A stretch of 64,000 nucleotides of DNA from a virus, in IMG/VR virus record IMGVR_UViG_3300042878_001497, positions 1 through 64,000 of that record; one strand, given 5' to 3'. A model generated the notes under the pieces. It ran no database searches, had not been told where the DNA came from, and saw nothing but the letters and a program-made list of their open reading frames with translations. Of this stretch, positions 49,201 to 57,409 are shown in pieces. The position numbers and the translations under genes were made by a program. How positions within the stretch are numbered: the first letter of the stretch is position 1; every line of letters begins with the position of its first letter.

Positions 49201-50688
49201 CTATTAATTGATGCCTCGGGAAATACAGGTGAAACATTATATGCTACCAGCTCTTTTATTTATAATCCAACCTTAAATAGATTATCTATTGGGGATGATC
49301 CTAATAGACAAATTTACCTTTGGGGAGGTTCTCCCATTGTAACGGGCAGTACTGCCCTAGGTTTCTTTACTTTAGGAGACAATTCAGGCAATTATAATAC
49401 AGCTGTAGGATATTTTTCTCAAAGAACAAACTACGGTAGAGAAAATACTACTTTAGGCGCTTTTACTTTAGAGCTCCCAGCCGCTGGTGAAAGTGTAGAA
49501 AGTATTAAAAATACTGTAGTAGGATATGGTGCTTTGCGAAATACTGGGGATAGTACAAATACTCTAGCTGTAGCTATAGGATATAATGCATTAGGAACTG
49601 GGGGATCTAATAAAGATATTGCTATTGGTAACAGTGCTTTAATTGCAGGAAATACTGTCCCAGCAGGTACTGGTAAAAATATAGCCATTGGAGATAATGC
49701 AATGGCTGGAGGAATTGCAAGTGATGGTGGTAATAATATTGCTATAGGAACTAGCACTCTCAGTACTCTTTTAGGCAACGTATCTAATAATATAGCTATA
49801 GGTAATTTAGCCGGTAGTAGTGTATCTAGTGGAGCCGATAATGTTTTCTTAGGTGCGGATGCAGGCAGAACTGTATCTACTGGAACTCATAATACTTTTT
49901 TAGGTACTGAAGCGGGGGAACTTGTGACTACAGGTATTACGAATACTTTTGTAGGTAGGAGCGCCGGAGTTTCTTTTACAACAGGTAATAATAATGTTGT
50001 AATTGGTGGGTTTGGTGGAGCTGCTACAGGATATGTTTCACAAAATTCAAATATTTTTATATCAGATGGAGCTGGTCAAGTAAGAATTTTTGCTACAGGT
50101 TCTACAGGTAATATTGGTATTGATACATTTACTCCAGCTTTTAAGGTAGATGTAAACGGTACTTTAGGAGCTGAATTATCTAGTACTTCTGATAATTCTA
50201 ATATAGTATCTTGGAATAGTGCTACAGATGAAGTACAGTACATTCCCAAAATAAGCGTAGATACTAACGCATATAATCCTAGTGGGAGCGGTGGAGTTAG
50301 TGATAAGACTTATCTGGTATTAAATGACGGATACAGTATTGATAACGAGATAGAGTACGGATATTTCGCCCGCTCGTCACTGGTTAACTCTCCTCCTACA
50401 ACCTATACAGTTCTCACTGTCCCTCAAACCACATACCACTCAGTAGTAATAGACTACACAACCTCAGATTCATCTTATGCGTTTACTAGATCGCAAAGGT
50501 TTATTTGTCATTGGGATAACGGTAGTGGTATTTTCTATACTAATTCTGGAGCTCCAGATTTGGGATCTATAAATGCCTCTCATATACTAACTGGTGTTAT
50601 CTCTGCCGGTAATATTCAAATAAGGTTAACTAATTACCTTTCAGGTGGTAGAATTATAGGAGATTATAAGCTCTTTAAGAAAATATAA
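46255..50688 (+). CDS. Long collagen-like fibre protein with YadA-like repeats
   Basis: KGSRLTFTEMDSN attachment-like N-terminus; two QG(I/T)QG collagen blocks; NIAIG repeats. Confidence 0.85.
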   Translation: MAIILRQNTATNTGKGSRLTFTEMDSNLESFYISSSFANNTLILYTTGSVSHSVDLSSFGGNVDSGSFMASASAAGGVITFEKVDGSTFDVTVTNVASASKVNITNTSSSQGYYLVFAEATSGHQDLRADSSIVYNPDSNTLQTANLILTGDLTVQGTRTELQVTELNVEDKLITVASGSTTSAQADGAGIQIAGANQSVTWDHTNSRLKTSTDLGVTGTLNVSTVATDNALTDFVVLAGDGTLKKRTSIVGAQGVQGTTGTQGIQGITGTQGTQGTQGTQGTDGLQGIQGITGTQGTQGITGTQGTQGTQGTQGIQGIQGITGTQGVQGTTGTQGTDGLQGIQGITGTQGVQGITGIQGTQGTQGTQGTQGAQGITGTQGIQGVTGVQGTDGLQGTQGIQGITGTQGTQGIQGTYGVQGVQGVQGTDGSFGGATFDYTFDSTTTSGDPGQGKIRLSNSNENTSTQMYIDDLDDFGNDISSFMQTIDSVTSTVKGYARIANRTDATQYLLFQISNLTDNTGWWTIDITNQASSATSPFTNLEDITISFITTGDKGDTGPQGVQGTTGTQGTNGTQGIQGITGAQGIQGTTGTQGTDGTQGIQGITGTGLQGIQGTQGTNGTQGIQGITGAGTQGIQGTTGTQGNNGTQGIQGITGAGTQGIQGITGAQGTDGTQGIQGITGAGTQGTQGTTGTATQGIQGTQGTTGSATQGIQGIDGNQGIQGTTGTATQGIQGTQGTTGTATQGIQGTTGTATQGIQGTQGTTGTATQGIQGTTGTATQGIQGTQGTTGTATQGIQGTQGTTGTATQGIQGIIGSQGIQGTTGSATQGIQGTQGTTGTATQGTQGTQGTTGTATQGIQGTTGSATQGIQGTQGTTGTATQGIQGIQGTIGTATQGIQGTQGTTGTATQGIQGITGTQGTDGTQGIQGITGGQGTQGTTGTATQGIQGITGIQGTQGIQGPSNPNAISVDIANATGDVEYRSLLIDASGNTGETLYATSSFIYNPTLNRLSIGDDPNRQIYLWGGSPIVTGSTALGFFTLGDNSGNYNTAVGYFSQRTNYGRENTTLGAFTLELPAAGESVESIKNTVVGYGALRNTGDSTNTLAVAIGYNALGTGGSNKDIAIGNSALIAGNTVPAGTGKNIAIGDNAMAGGIASDGGNNIAIGTSTLSTLLGNVSNNIAIGNLAGSSVSSGADNVFLGADAGRTVSTGTHNTFLGTEAGELVTTGITNTFVGRSAGVSFTTGNNNVVIGGFGGAATGYVSQNSNIFISDGAGQVRIFATGSTGNIGIDTFTPAFKVDVNGTLGAELSSTSDNSNIVSWNSATDEVQYIPKISVDTNAYNPSGSGGVSDKTYLVLNDGYSIDNEIEYGYFARSSLVNSPPTTYTVLTVPQTTYHSVVIDYTTSDSSYAFTRSQRFICHWDNGSGIFYTNSGAPDLGSINASHILTGVISAGNIQIRLTNYLSGGRIIGDYKLFKKI
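47008..49137 (+). repeat. Two blocks of G-X-Y collagen-like DNA repeats (approx. 47008-47540 and 47910-49137)
   Basis: CAAGGT-based repeats, including 33/42-bp units. Confidence 0.9.
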
Positions 50689-50699
50689 TATAAAACAAC

Positions 50700-51386
50700 A
50701 TGGGTAAATTTCAAGCAACAGAAGGTATAACATCTATAGGAGCTGCTGAGTTTTCTTCTAGCCTGGCAACTACTACAACCGGAACTAGTATCTTTAATAA
50801 CGATACTTTTCTAAGAGATAATACATACTTCTCAGGTTCTACTTTTATAGGTCCGGCTGCTGCTTCTTATATGTCTAGTACAGACTGGGATAACCTAGCA
50901 GGGACAGTACTAGGAACTACAACAGGAGGTAGAATAGGGTTTATGTACCCTTTTAACATATTTTCAGGTGGCAGACGAATTTATTTAGGAGCAGGAAACC
51001 AAGTTATAGGAAGTACTTCAGGATTAGGTTGGGATAGGTTAAACGGAGGATTGTGGGAGTTTTATATCAATAGCGTGAGCACCACAATAGACTTAGATAC
51101 TACAACCTTAGCTACAGCAGGTATGAACTTTGCTAGCTTTACATTCATTACTACCCAGCAAAATCCAGTAGGTCTTAGAGCTAGAGCGGTTTGGGCAAGT
51201 GGTGCTGCATGGACTACTCGTTGGACCGGGACAGTTTCTACTGCTAACTATGCCTACGAGAACACTGTAACTATGACATCTAACGTATATGCTTCGGATA
51301 AATACCCAGACTACACAGGAATTACTCACGTAATTGTAGACTCCTCAGATAGAAGAATTACACTACACTCAACTAACTGGTCTTAA
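50700..51386 (+). CDS. Hypothetical fibre-associated protein
   Basis: Thr/Gly/Ser-rich, follows fibre. Confidence 0.6.
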   Translation: MGKFQATEGITSIGAAEFSSSLATTTTGTSIFNNDTFLRDNTYFSGSTFIGPAAASYMSSTDWDNLAGTVLGTTTGGRIGFMYPFNIFSGGRRIYLGAGNQVIGSTSGLGWDRLNGGLWEFYINSVSTTIDLDTTTLATAGMNFASFTFITTQQNPVGLRARAVWASGAAWTTRWTGTVSTANYAYENTVTMTSNVYASDKYPDYTGITHVIVDSSDRRITLHSTNWS

Positions 51387-51397
51387 ATAATCAAGCT

Positions 51398-51586
51398 ATG
51401 TCAACTAATACGATATACCAACTAAGTTTAAAAGATTGGCCAATAGGATCAGATGGTCAAATCAATAAAAATCACACAGATATAGTCACCTTTTCTTCTA
51501 TAGAAGAAGCTAATGCTTTTATTGAAGCTAGCGGTTCAGAAGGAACATATAATATACAGGCCTTTATAGTAAAAACAGCCGAATAG
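51398..51586 (+). CDS. Small hypothetical protein
   Basis: Packed ORF. Confidence 0.55.
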   Translation: MSTNTIYQLSLKDWPIGSDGQINKNHTDIVTFSSIEEANAFIEASGSEGTYNIQAFIVKTAE

Positions 51587-51615
51587 TTGTAGATTCAACT
51601 ATTTATTCTTATATT
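51587..51615 (+). promoter_or_regulatory. Host sigmaA-type promoter TTG-N20-TATATT upstream of riboswitch candidate 1
   Basis: Recurrent motif. Confidence 0.65.
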
Positions 51616-51619
51616 GTAT

Positions 51620-51652
51620 AGGTGTCGTAGCACCACCTTAAAAAAACACTAA
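51620..51652 (+). ncRNA. preQ1 class I riboswitch-like aptamer (queD-queE operon)
   Basis: P1 AGGUG/CACCU; loop UCGUAGCAC; tail UAAAAAAACACUAA; ATG at 51654. Confidence 0.72.
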
Positions 51653-51653
51653 T

Positions 51654-51929
51654 ATGGCAAAAAAGCAGTTATTGACTGAACCGGTCCTTCCTAAGGACAG
51701 TATTATCAATCCCGAACTCTACCACAAGGTAAAAGGGACCAATTCTAAGATTGATACCAAGTTTAAGCACTTGGAGAAGATGCCTGATCAAAAATGGCAT
51801 CAAATTATTTCTTTTATTAAATCTGGCGTTCGAATTGTAGGCTACGGAATCATTCCTTTTGATTTGGTAGCAGCTGCAATCGTTCTTATATTTAGTGAAG
51901 TAATCGGTATTATTGAAGAATTAGTATGA
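51654..51929 (+). CDS. Small membrane protein, first gene of queD-queE operon
   Basis: C-terminal hydrophobic segment; ATGA overlap with queD. Confidence 0.65.
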   Translation: MAKKQLLTEPVLPKDSIINPELYHKVKGTNSKIDTKFKHLEKMPDQKWHQIISFIKSGVRIVGYGIIPFDLVAAAIVLIFSEVIGIIEELV

Positions 51930-52390
51930 GCACATTTAGATCAACAAAAGTATTTGATGGTTACTCAACAGTATTCCGTCAATGGAAAGCCGAAGGAACA
52001 CACTGCAGATTCCTTCACGGCTATGGAGTAAGTTTAAAAGTATGGTTCGAAGGTGAACTTGACGAACGTAACTGGGTATGGGATTTCGGAGGTATGAAAC
52101 GTGCTACTGGAACTATTGACGGTATGAATCCTAAAGCATGGATGGATCATATGCTCGACCATACTACAATTATTGCAGAAGATGATCCGTATCTTTCTTA
52201 CTTCCAGAATATGTACACAGAAGGTATGATTCAATTACGAGTTATTCCAGCTACTGGAGCAGAGCGTTTTGCAGAGTATTTCTACAATAAACTGAATACA
52301 TTTATTCAAGAAGAAACAGATAATCGTGTTAAAGTAGTTCAAGTTGAATTTCGTGAGCACGAAAAGAACACAGCATTTTATAAAGGTTAA
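51926..52390 (+). CDS. queD: 6-carboxy-5,6,7,8-tetrahydropterin synthase
   Basis: HCRFLHGY; WDFG; LDH; GAERFA; FREH. Confidence 0.88.
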   Translation: MSTFRSTKVFDGYSTVFRQWKAEGTHCRFLHGYGVSLKVWFEGELDERNWVWDFGGMKRATGTIDGMNPKAWMDHMLDHTTIIAEDDPYLSYFQNMYTEGMIQLRVIPATGAERFAEYFYNKLNTFIQEETDNRVKVVQVEFREHEKNTAFYKG

Positions 52391-52392
52391 TT

Positions 52393-53175
52393 ATGCCATT
52401 AGGAAGAATAGAAGATTATAGTAAAGTTCTACCGATTGTAGAGCTTTACACTTGCATCCAGTCAGAAGGCAGCCGTGCCGGCCGTCCTACTGTTGCAGTC
52501 CGTACTACAGGCTGTACCCACCGCTGCTACTTCGGAGAAGGCGGATGGTGTGATAGCTGGTACACTTCAATCCATCCGGAGAAAGGTAAATACACTTTCC
52601 AGGATATTATCAACATTTACGATCAGAATCCTGAAATTAAGGAGATGATGCTGACGGGCGGTTCACCGACCATGCACCCTAAGCTTGTAAATGAACTAAC
52701 TCACTTTGCAAATGAAAGGCAAATTATCATCACAATCGAAACAGAAGGGTCTGCTTTCCTCGAAACAGATCATCCTATTGGGCTTATATCTTTCAGCCCT
52801 AAATTTAGCAACAGCGTGCCTGTACTTGGGACTACTACACCTCTTGGGGATATTGTAGACGAGAAACTTATCAAGACTCACAACCGTTACCGTCTCAATA
52901 AAGAGTCGATTGCTAAGTCAATGACTTACCATTCGGACTACCATATGAAGGTAGTAGTAAACCCAGTGGAGGACCCTCAGACATGGGCAGAGATTAAGTC
53001 TTTCCTAGATGAACTACAGGTACCTAAGCATAAGATTTGGATCATGCCTCCGGGGGATAATCGTCAGGAACTTATCCGAGTTTACCCAGCGGTAATTCAA
53101 TGGTGTACAGACAATATGTACAACTTCACCGGCCGTGAACACATCATTGCTTTTGATACTAAAAGAGAAGTTTAA
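52393..53175 (+). CDS. queE: 7-carboxy-7-deazaguanine synthase (radical SAM)
   Basis: IQSEG...G; GCTHRC..WCDS; TGGSP; IETEG; SPK. Confidence 0.9.
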   Translation: MPLGRIEDYSKVLPIVELYTCIQSEGSRAGRPTVAVRTTGCTHRCYFGEGGWCDSWYTSIHPEKGKYTFQDIINIYDQNPEIKEMMLTGGSPTMHPKLVNELTHFANERQIIITIETEGSAFLETDHPIGLISFSPKFSNSVPVLGTTTPLGDIVDEKLIKTHNRYRLNKESIAKSMTYHSDYHMKVVVNPVEDPQTWAEIKSFLDELQVPKHKIWIMPPGDNRQELIRVYPAVIQWCTDNMYNFTGREHIIAFDTKREV

Positions 53176-53354
53176 TGTCTTTCGTCATTCTTAAGCATAC
53201 TAGCATCCAAGGAACCCCTCGTACTATCATCGTGAATGATAGCGAGGGTATTGCTATGGAATTTGAATCTGCAGATGCTGCTTTGAAACTAGCAGAGATC
53301 TTTCAAGCCAATACTACCTCAGGAAATATTTACGAAGTAAAACAGTTAAAATAA
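53175..53354 (+). CDS. Small hypothetical protein (59 aa, not in ORF track)
   Basis: TAATG overlaps at both ends. Confidence 0.55.
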   Translation: MSFVILKHTSIQGTPRTIIVNDSEGIAMEFESADAALKLAEIFQANTTSGNIYEVKQLK

Positions 53355-53527
53355 TGCCACACGGATATCTAGCAAACCTACATCAGTTGTGGGCTCTTGG
53401 CGTTCTTGAGCCAGCAGGCGTTATCGCCGCTATACATCCTTACGGGTACAAACTAAACTACCTTACCTTAAATGGGATCGGAGTAGGAAAAGAAAACGAA
53501 AGGTTTGAGTTCAAGTACAGAGAATAG
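53354..53527 (+). CDS. Small hypothetical protein (57 aa, not in ORF track)
   Basis: TAATG overlap; MPHGYLANL... Confidence 0.55.
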   Translation: MPHGYLANLHQLWALGVLEPAGVIAAIHPYGYKLNYLTLNGIGVGKENERFEFKYRE

Positions 53528-53529
53528 TA

Positions 53530-53721
53530 ATGACATTAGGACAGGTTATAACAGTAGGAGATGATTGGTACCAGGTTATTAGAACAGTTAGAGAAGGTCG
53601 TGAATGGGATGTTGAACTTCTTAAACAGTACTGGTTTTGTTCGCATACCTTCCGTAAGGATGGTTTACTCTATTTTTGCCGAGCGATTGAAAAAGTTGAA
53701 TTTGAAGAAATAACAGAGTGA
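53530..53721 (+). CDS. Small hypothetical protein
   Basis: Packed ORF. Confidence 0.55.
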   Translation: MTLGQVITVGDDWYQVIRTVREGREWDVELLKQYWFCSHTFRKDGLLYFCRAIEKVEFEEITE

Positions 53722-54392
53722 TTGCAATACTAGGAGGAACAGGGTTGCTGGGAAAAGAGTTACAAAAGCTAGATTCTTCCTTAGTCTGTACGGGCCGGGA
53801 AATTGATATTACTAACTTTAAAGAAGTCTTCTACTACCTTAATAAAGTAAACCCGGATACTGTAGTCAACGCAGCTGCAATAACAAATTCCATAGAGGTT
53901 TCTGAGAATCCTATTCCTGCTATAGACGTTAATATTATAGGTGCTGCTAATATAGCTAAGTACTGTCAGCAATATGGTAAGAGATTGGTATATATTAGCA
54001 CAGACTACGTCTATCCCGGAACTGGTAACCATGTAGAGGATGATGCTCTATACCCAAATAACGAATATGCGTGGACTAAATTAGGGGGAGAATGTTCTTC
54101 TAGATTGGTGAAAGATCATTGTATAATTCGTACTAGTTTTGGAAGTAGAAAATTTCCTTATCCTGCTGCATATATAAATTTATTTACAAGTAAAGAATAC
54201 GTAGGTGTGCTTGCTCCTCAAATCTTAAAAATTATACAGAGTAAACTTAACGGAATTGTAAATGTAGGAGGTTACAGAAAAAGTTCATATATTTACGCAT
54301 CACAGTACAGCAAGGTTGACAAAATTCAATTAGAACATAGTAAAGATTTTAGCCTAAACACAGCAAAATATAATGAGAATTTCCCAGAGTGA
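53718..54392 (+). CDS. RmlD-like NDP-sugar reductase
   Basis: GGTGLLG; NAAA; ISTDYVY; YAWTKLGGE; IIRTS. Confidence 0.85.
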   Translation: MIAILGGTGLLGKELQKLDSSLVCTGREIDITNFKEVFYYLNKVNPDTVVNAAAITNSIEVSENPIPAIDVNIIGAANIAKYCQQYGKRLVYISTDYVYPGTGNHVEDDALYPNNEYAWTKLGGECSSRLVKDHCIIRTSFGSRKFPYPAAYINLFTSKEYVGVLAPQILKIIQSKLNGIVNVGGYRKSSYIYASQYSKVDKIQLEHSKDFSLNTAKYNENFPE

Positions 54393-55605
54393 TTCATGCC
54401 CGATAACCGGAACTTCAGAAAGACTTAAGTACTTTTCTCTAGGCGAAATGCCGCTTGTTAATAATCTTGCCGATACTTTAGAAGAATCTTTAACCTGCAA
54501 AAAGATTCCTTTAGAACTAAACTATTTTGCAGAATCAAAACTTACTGCTTTAACTACTTTTGTAGACAGTCAGTCTTTGTTTAGTAACTACCTTTACAAG
54601 TCTGGAGTTAACACTCCCTACATTTCTCATAGTAGAAAAATGTTCAAAGATGTACGGAAGCTCTTACAACTTAAAGACCAGGACCTTATTGTAGACATTG
54701 GAGGTAATGATGGAACACTTCTTAAAACTTTTCGAGAAACTTCTAAAACATCCCTACAGTACCTAAATATTGATGGTTCTGAAAACATCACACAGTACTC
54801 TAAAGAACAGGGAATTAATACACTCTGCGAGTTTTTTAATGAAGATACCCCTACCCGAGTTAAAACTTTAGCCAAAGTTGTTGTATCCACAAATGTTTTT
54901 CAACATTTACAGGATACTAATTCTTTTGTTAGAGGGGTAAAAAAACTTCTACAATCAGACGGTGTATGGGTACTAGAATTTCCGTACTGGCTTCATGATA
55001 TGAAGACCAAGCAATTTGACCAGGTGTACCATGAGCATATGTACTACTACACAGTTACTCCGCTAGTAGCAATGATGCAAAAACACGAGTTGGAAGTTTT
55101 ACGAGTAGTTCCTCAAAAAATACATGGAGGTACTTTGCGTCTAATCATAGGGCATTTAGGAGGTAATCAACACCTAAAAGATAGTAGTGTAGAAGTTTAC
55201 CTAAAGAGAGAATCTAAACTTACACCCAAGTTCTACCAGCAGTGGGGAGCAAAAATTAAACAGCATTTGGTATCCTGTGAGAGTGAACTAAAGTACCTAA
55301 AAGGTAAAGGTAAGACCCTGGTAGGATTTGCTGCAAGTGCTAAGGGATGTGTCTTTCTAAACAGTGCCGGGATAGATTGTAAAGTACTTGATTTCATTAT
55401 CGATGATACTGATATAAAACAAGGCAAATTTATGCCGGGTACCGGACTAGAAATTAAAGGGAGAGGAGATGTAGATTTTGAACAAATTGATTACATTCTT
55501 ATACTCTCTCATAATTTTAGTGATCATATCATAAAAAGTCTTAAAGACGAAGGATATGAAGGTAAGTTTGTTGTGTGTTTACCTTCTTATAAAGTACTAT
55601 CATGA
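54373..55605 (+). CDS. NDP-hexose C-methyltransferase-like protein
   Basis: LGEMPLVN; DIGGNDGTLL; FDQVYHEH; IHGGTLR; AASAKG; KQGKFMPG. Confidence 0.85.
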   Translation: MRISQSDSCPITGTSERLKYFSLGEMPLVNNLADTLEESLTCKKIPLELNYFAESKLTALTTFVDSQSLFSNYLYKSGVNTPYISHSRKMFKDVRKLLQLKDQDLIVDIGGNDGTLLKTFRETSKTSLQYLNIDGSENITQYSKEQGINTLCEFFNEDTPTRVKTLAKVVVSTNVFQHLQDTNSFVRGVKKLLQSDGVWVLEFPYWLHDMKTKQFDQVYHEHMYYYTVTPLVAMMQKHELEVLRVVPQKIHGGTLRLIIGHLGGNQHLKDSSVEVYLKRESKLTPKFYQQWGAKIKQHLVSCESELKYLKGKGKTLVGFAASAKGCVFLNSAGIDCKVLDFIIDDTDIKQGKFMPGTGLEIKGRGDVDFEQIDYILILSHNFSDHIIKSLKDEGYEGKFVVCLPSYKVLS

Positions 55606-56378
55606 ATTCAATCCCAGTAATAGGAACAGCAATTGTAAACACGCCCTACTGGCTATACCGGCTGATTGCTAGTGTAGACTACCCGGTGGATAACTTTGTT
55701 ATCTTTAATAACAACGGTCGAGGAGAAATCACAGAAGAGCTTGACAATCTAGCTAAACTCTCTCATAAGTTTATTAAGAAAATTACAGTATGCCACTTAC
55801 CTGCTAATCTAGGTGTGCCTGGAGCATTTAACCTTATTATAAAAAGTTATATAAATTCTCCTAGCTGGTTGATAGTAAACTACGATGTAGCTTTTGGACC
55901 AGGCTTCTTAAAAGAGATGGCAGAGAAAGCTTCTGACCCGGAAGTAGGAATGGTACATGGTAAAGCAGGTGATTTTGATTTACCGAGCTGGGATGTATTC
56001 CTAATTAAAGACTGGGTAGTACAGCAGTACGGACTCTTTGACGAAAACTTAACCCCAGCTTACTGCGAAGATGCAGATTATTTTATGAGATTTGTGCATA
56101 GGCCTATAAAAGTAGTAAAGCAGCTAGACAGTATTTATTACCACGGCCCTGGTGTAGATTACTACGAACACGGAAGTCAAACCAAAAAAGGAGAACCTGC
56201 ACTAGCAGCAAAATTAGATCAGGTTAACGAAATAAATTTTGAATATATGTTTAAAAAGTGGGGTGAAGGTTGGAGATGGGTAAACCCACTACCTACACCT
56301 TTTGATATAGAAGGAACTCCTATCTCAACAACTACTTTTGATTTAGAATTTGTACGCAAAAAACATTTAGGCTTTTAA
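55602..56378 (+). CDS. GT2-like glycosyltransferase
   Basis: NLGVPGAFN; NYDV; GLFDENLTPAYCEDADY. Confidence 0.75.
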   Translation: MNSIPVIGTAIVNTPYWLYRLIASVDYPVDNFVIFNNNGRGEITEELDNLAKLSHKFIKKITVCHLPANLGVPGAFNLIIKSYINSPSWLIVNYDVAFGPGFLKEMAEKASDPEVGMVHGKAGDFDLPSWDVFLIKDWVVQQYGLFDENLTPAYCEDADYFMRFVHRPIKVVKQLDSIYYHGPGVDYYEHGSQTKKGEPALAAKLDQVNEINFEYMFKKWGEGWRWVNPLPTPFDIEGTPISTTTFDLEFVRKKHLGF

Positions 56379-56379
56379 T

Positions 56380-57054
56380 ATGGACGAATATACTTTATAC
56401 GACGCTGAACCGGATTCACAGTGGGGAATCATTACAGGAAATTTAGCACAACACAACCCTCAGCAGAATCCACGATTCTGGGTGGTTGATAATTTTTATA
56501 AGAATCCCGACCAAATTAGGGAGTACGGTCTCTCGCAAGTATACTTTGAGGGGGAAGGAGCAGTGGGTTGGAGAACCCGTAAGCAGTTCCTTTTTGATGG
56601 ACTCAAAGAGCAGTTTGAAAAAATTACAAACAAGAAGATTTTAGATCATACCCCGGAAGGAACCGGCTGGTACGATGTAGGTATTAACGGACGCTTCCAG
56701 GCCTGTGAAGCAGGAACTAAGACGGTATTTCACTGCGATAGCCAGCAATGGGCTGCAGTTCTCTATCTAACTCCAGATGCTCCTCCCCAGAGCGGTACTA
56801 GCTTCTACCGACATAAGGAGACTAAAGTTAGACATAGTTCTGAGATTGCTTGGGGTACCGGGGAAGAACTGGCCACATTTAATCAAAAGACCTTTGTTGA
56901 TCCTACTCCTTTTGAGAGAGTAGATACAGTTGGTAACGTTTATAACAGGCTTGTTATTTTTGATGGAAAGCTTATTCACTCCGGTAATGATTACTTTGGA
57001 TGGGATATTCCTTCTAGCAGGTTCTTTCAAATTTTCTTTTTTGATGTTGAGTAA
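56380..57054 (+). CDS. 2OG-Fe(II) oxygenase-like protein
   Basis: VVDNFY..P; HCD; VLYL; GTSFY; NRLVIFDG.LIHS; SR. Confidence 0.75.
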   Translation: MDEYTLYDAEPDSQWGIITGNLAQHNPQQNPRFWVVDNFYKNPDQIREYGLSQVYFEGEGAVGWRTRKQFLFDGLKEQFEKITNKKILDHTPEGTGWYDVGINGRFQACEAGTKTVFHCDSQQWAAVLYLTPDAPPQSGTSFYRHKETKVRHSSEIAWGTGEELATFNQKTFVDPTPFERVDTVGNVYNRLVIFDGKLIHSGNDYFGWDIPSSRFFQIFFFDVE

Positions 57055-57409
57055 AGTTTTTTTAATTGACATCGACGGTACAATCTGCGATGATATCAAG
57101 AACGAAGAAAGCCACCTGTACCCGGCCGCTAACCCTTTGCCCAATGCTAGGGATATTATCAATAAATGGTACGATGAAGGTAGCGTAATTACTTTCTTTA
57201 CTGCCCGAGAATCCAAAGATAGAGCAGTAACAGAGGAGTGGCTTCACCGCCACGGTTTCAAGTACCACGGGCTTGTAATGGACAAGCCTAGAATTAAAGA
57301 TGGACAGGAGTATGTCTGGATTGATAACAGGAAAGTTAGAGCAATCACCTATCTTGGTACTTGGTCCGAACTAACAGAAGTAGATGCAAGAATACAAACC
57401 TTTCAGTAA
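57044..57409 (+). CDS. Small HAD-family phosphatase
   Basis: IDIDGTI; FTAR; MDKPR; WIDN. Confidence 0.75.
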   Translation: MLSKVFLIDIDGTICDDIKNEESHLYPAANPLPNARDIINKWYDEGSVITFFTARESKDRAVTEEWLHRHGFKYHGLVMDKPRIKDGQEYVWIDNRKVRAITYLGTWSELTEVDARIQTFQ

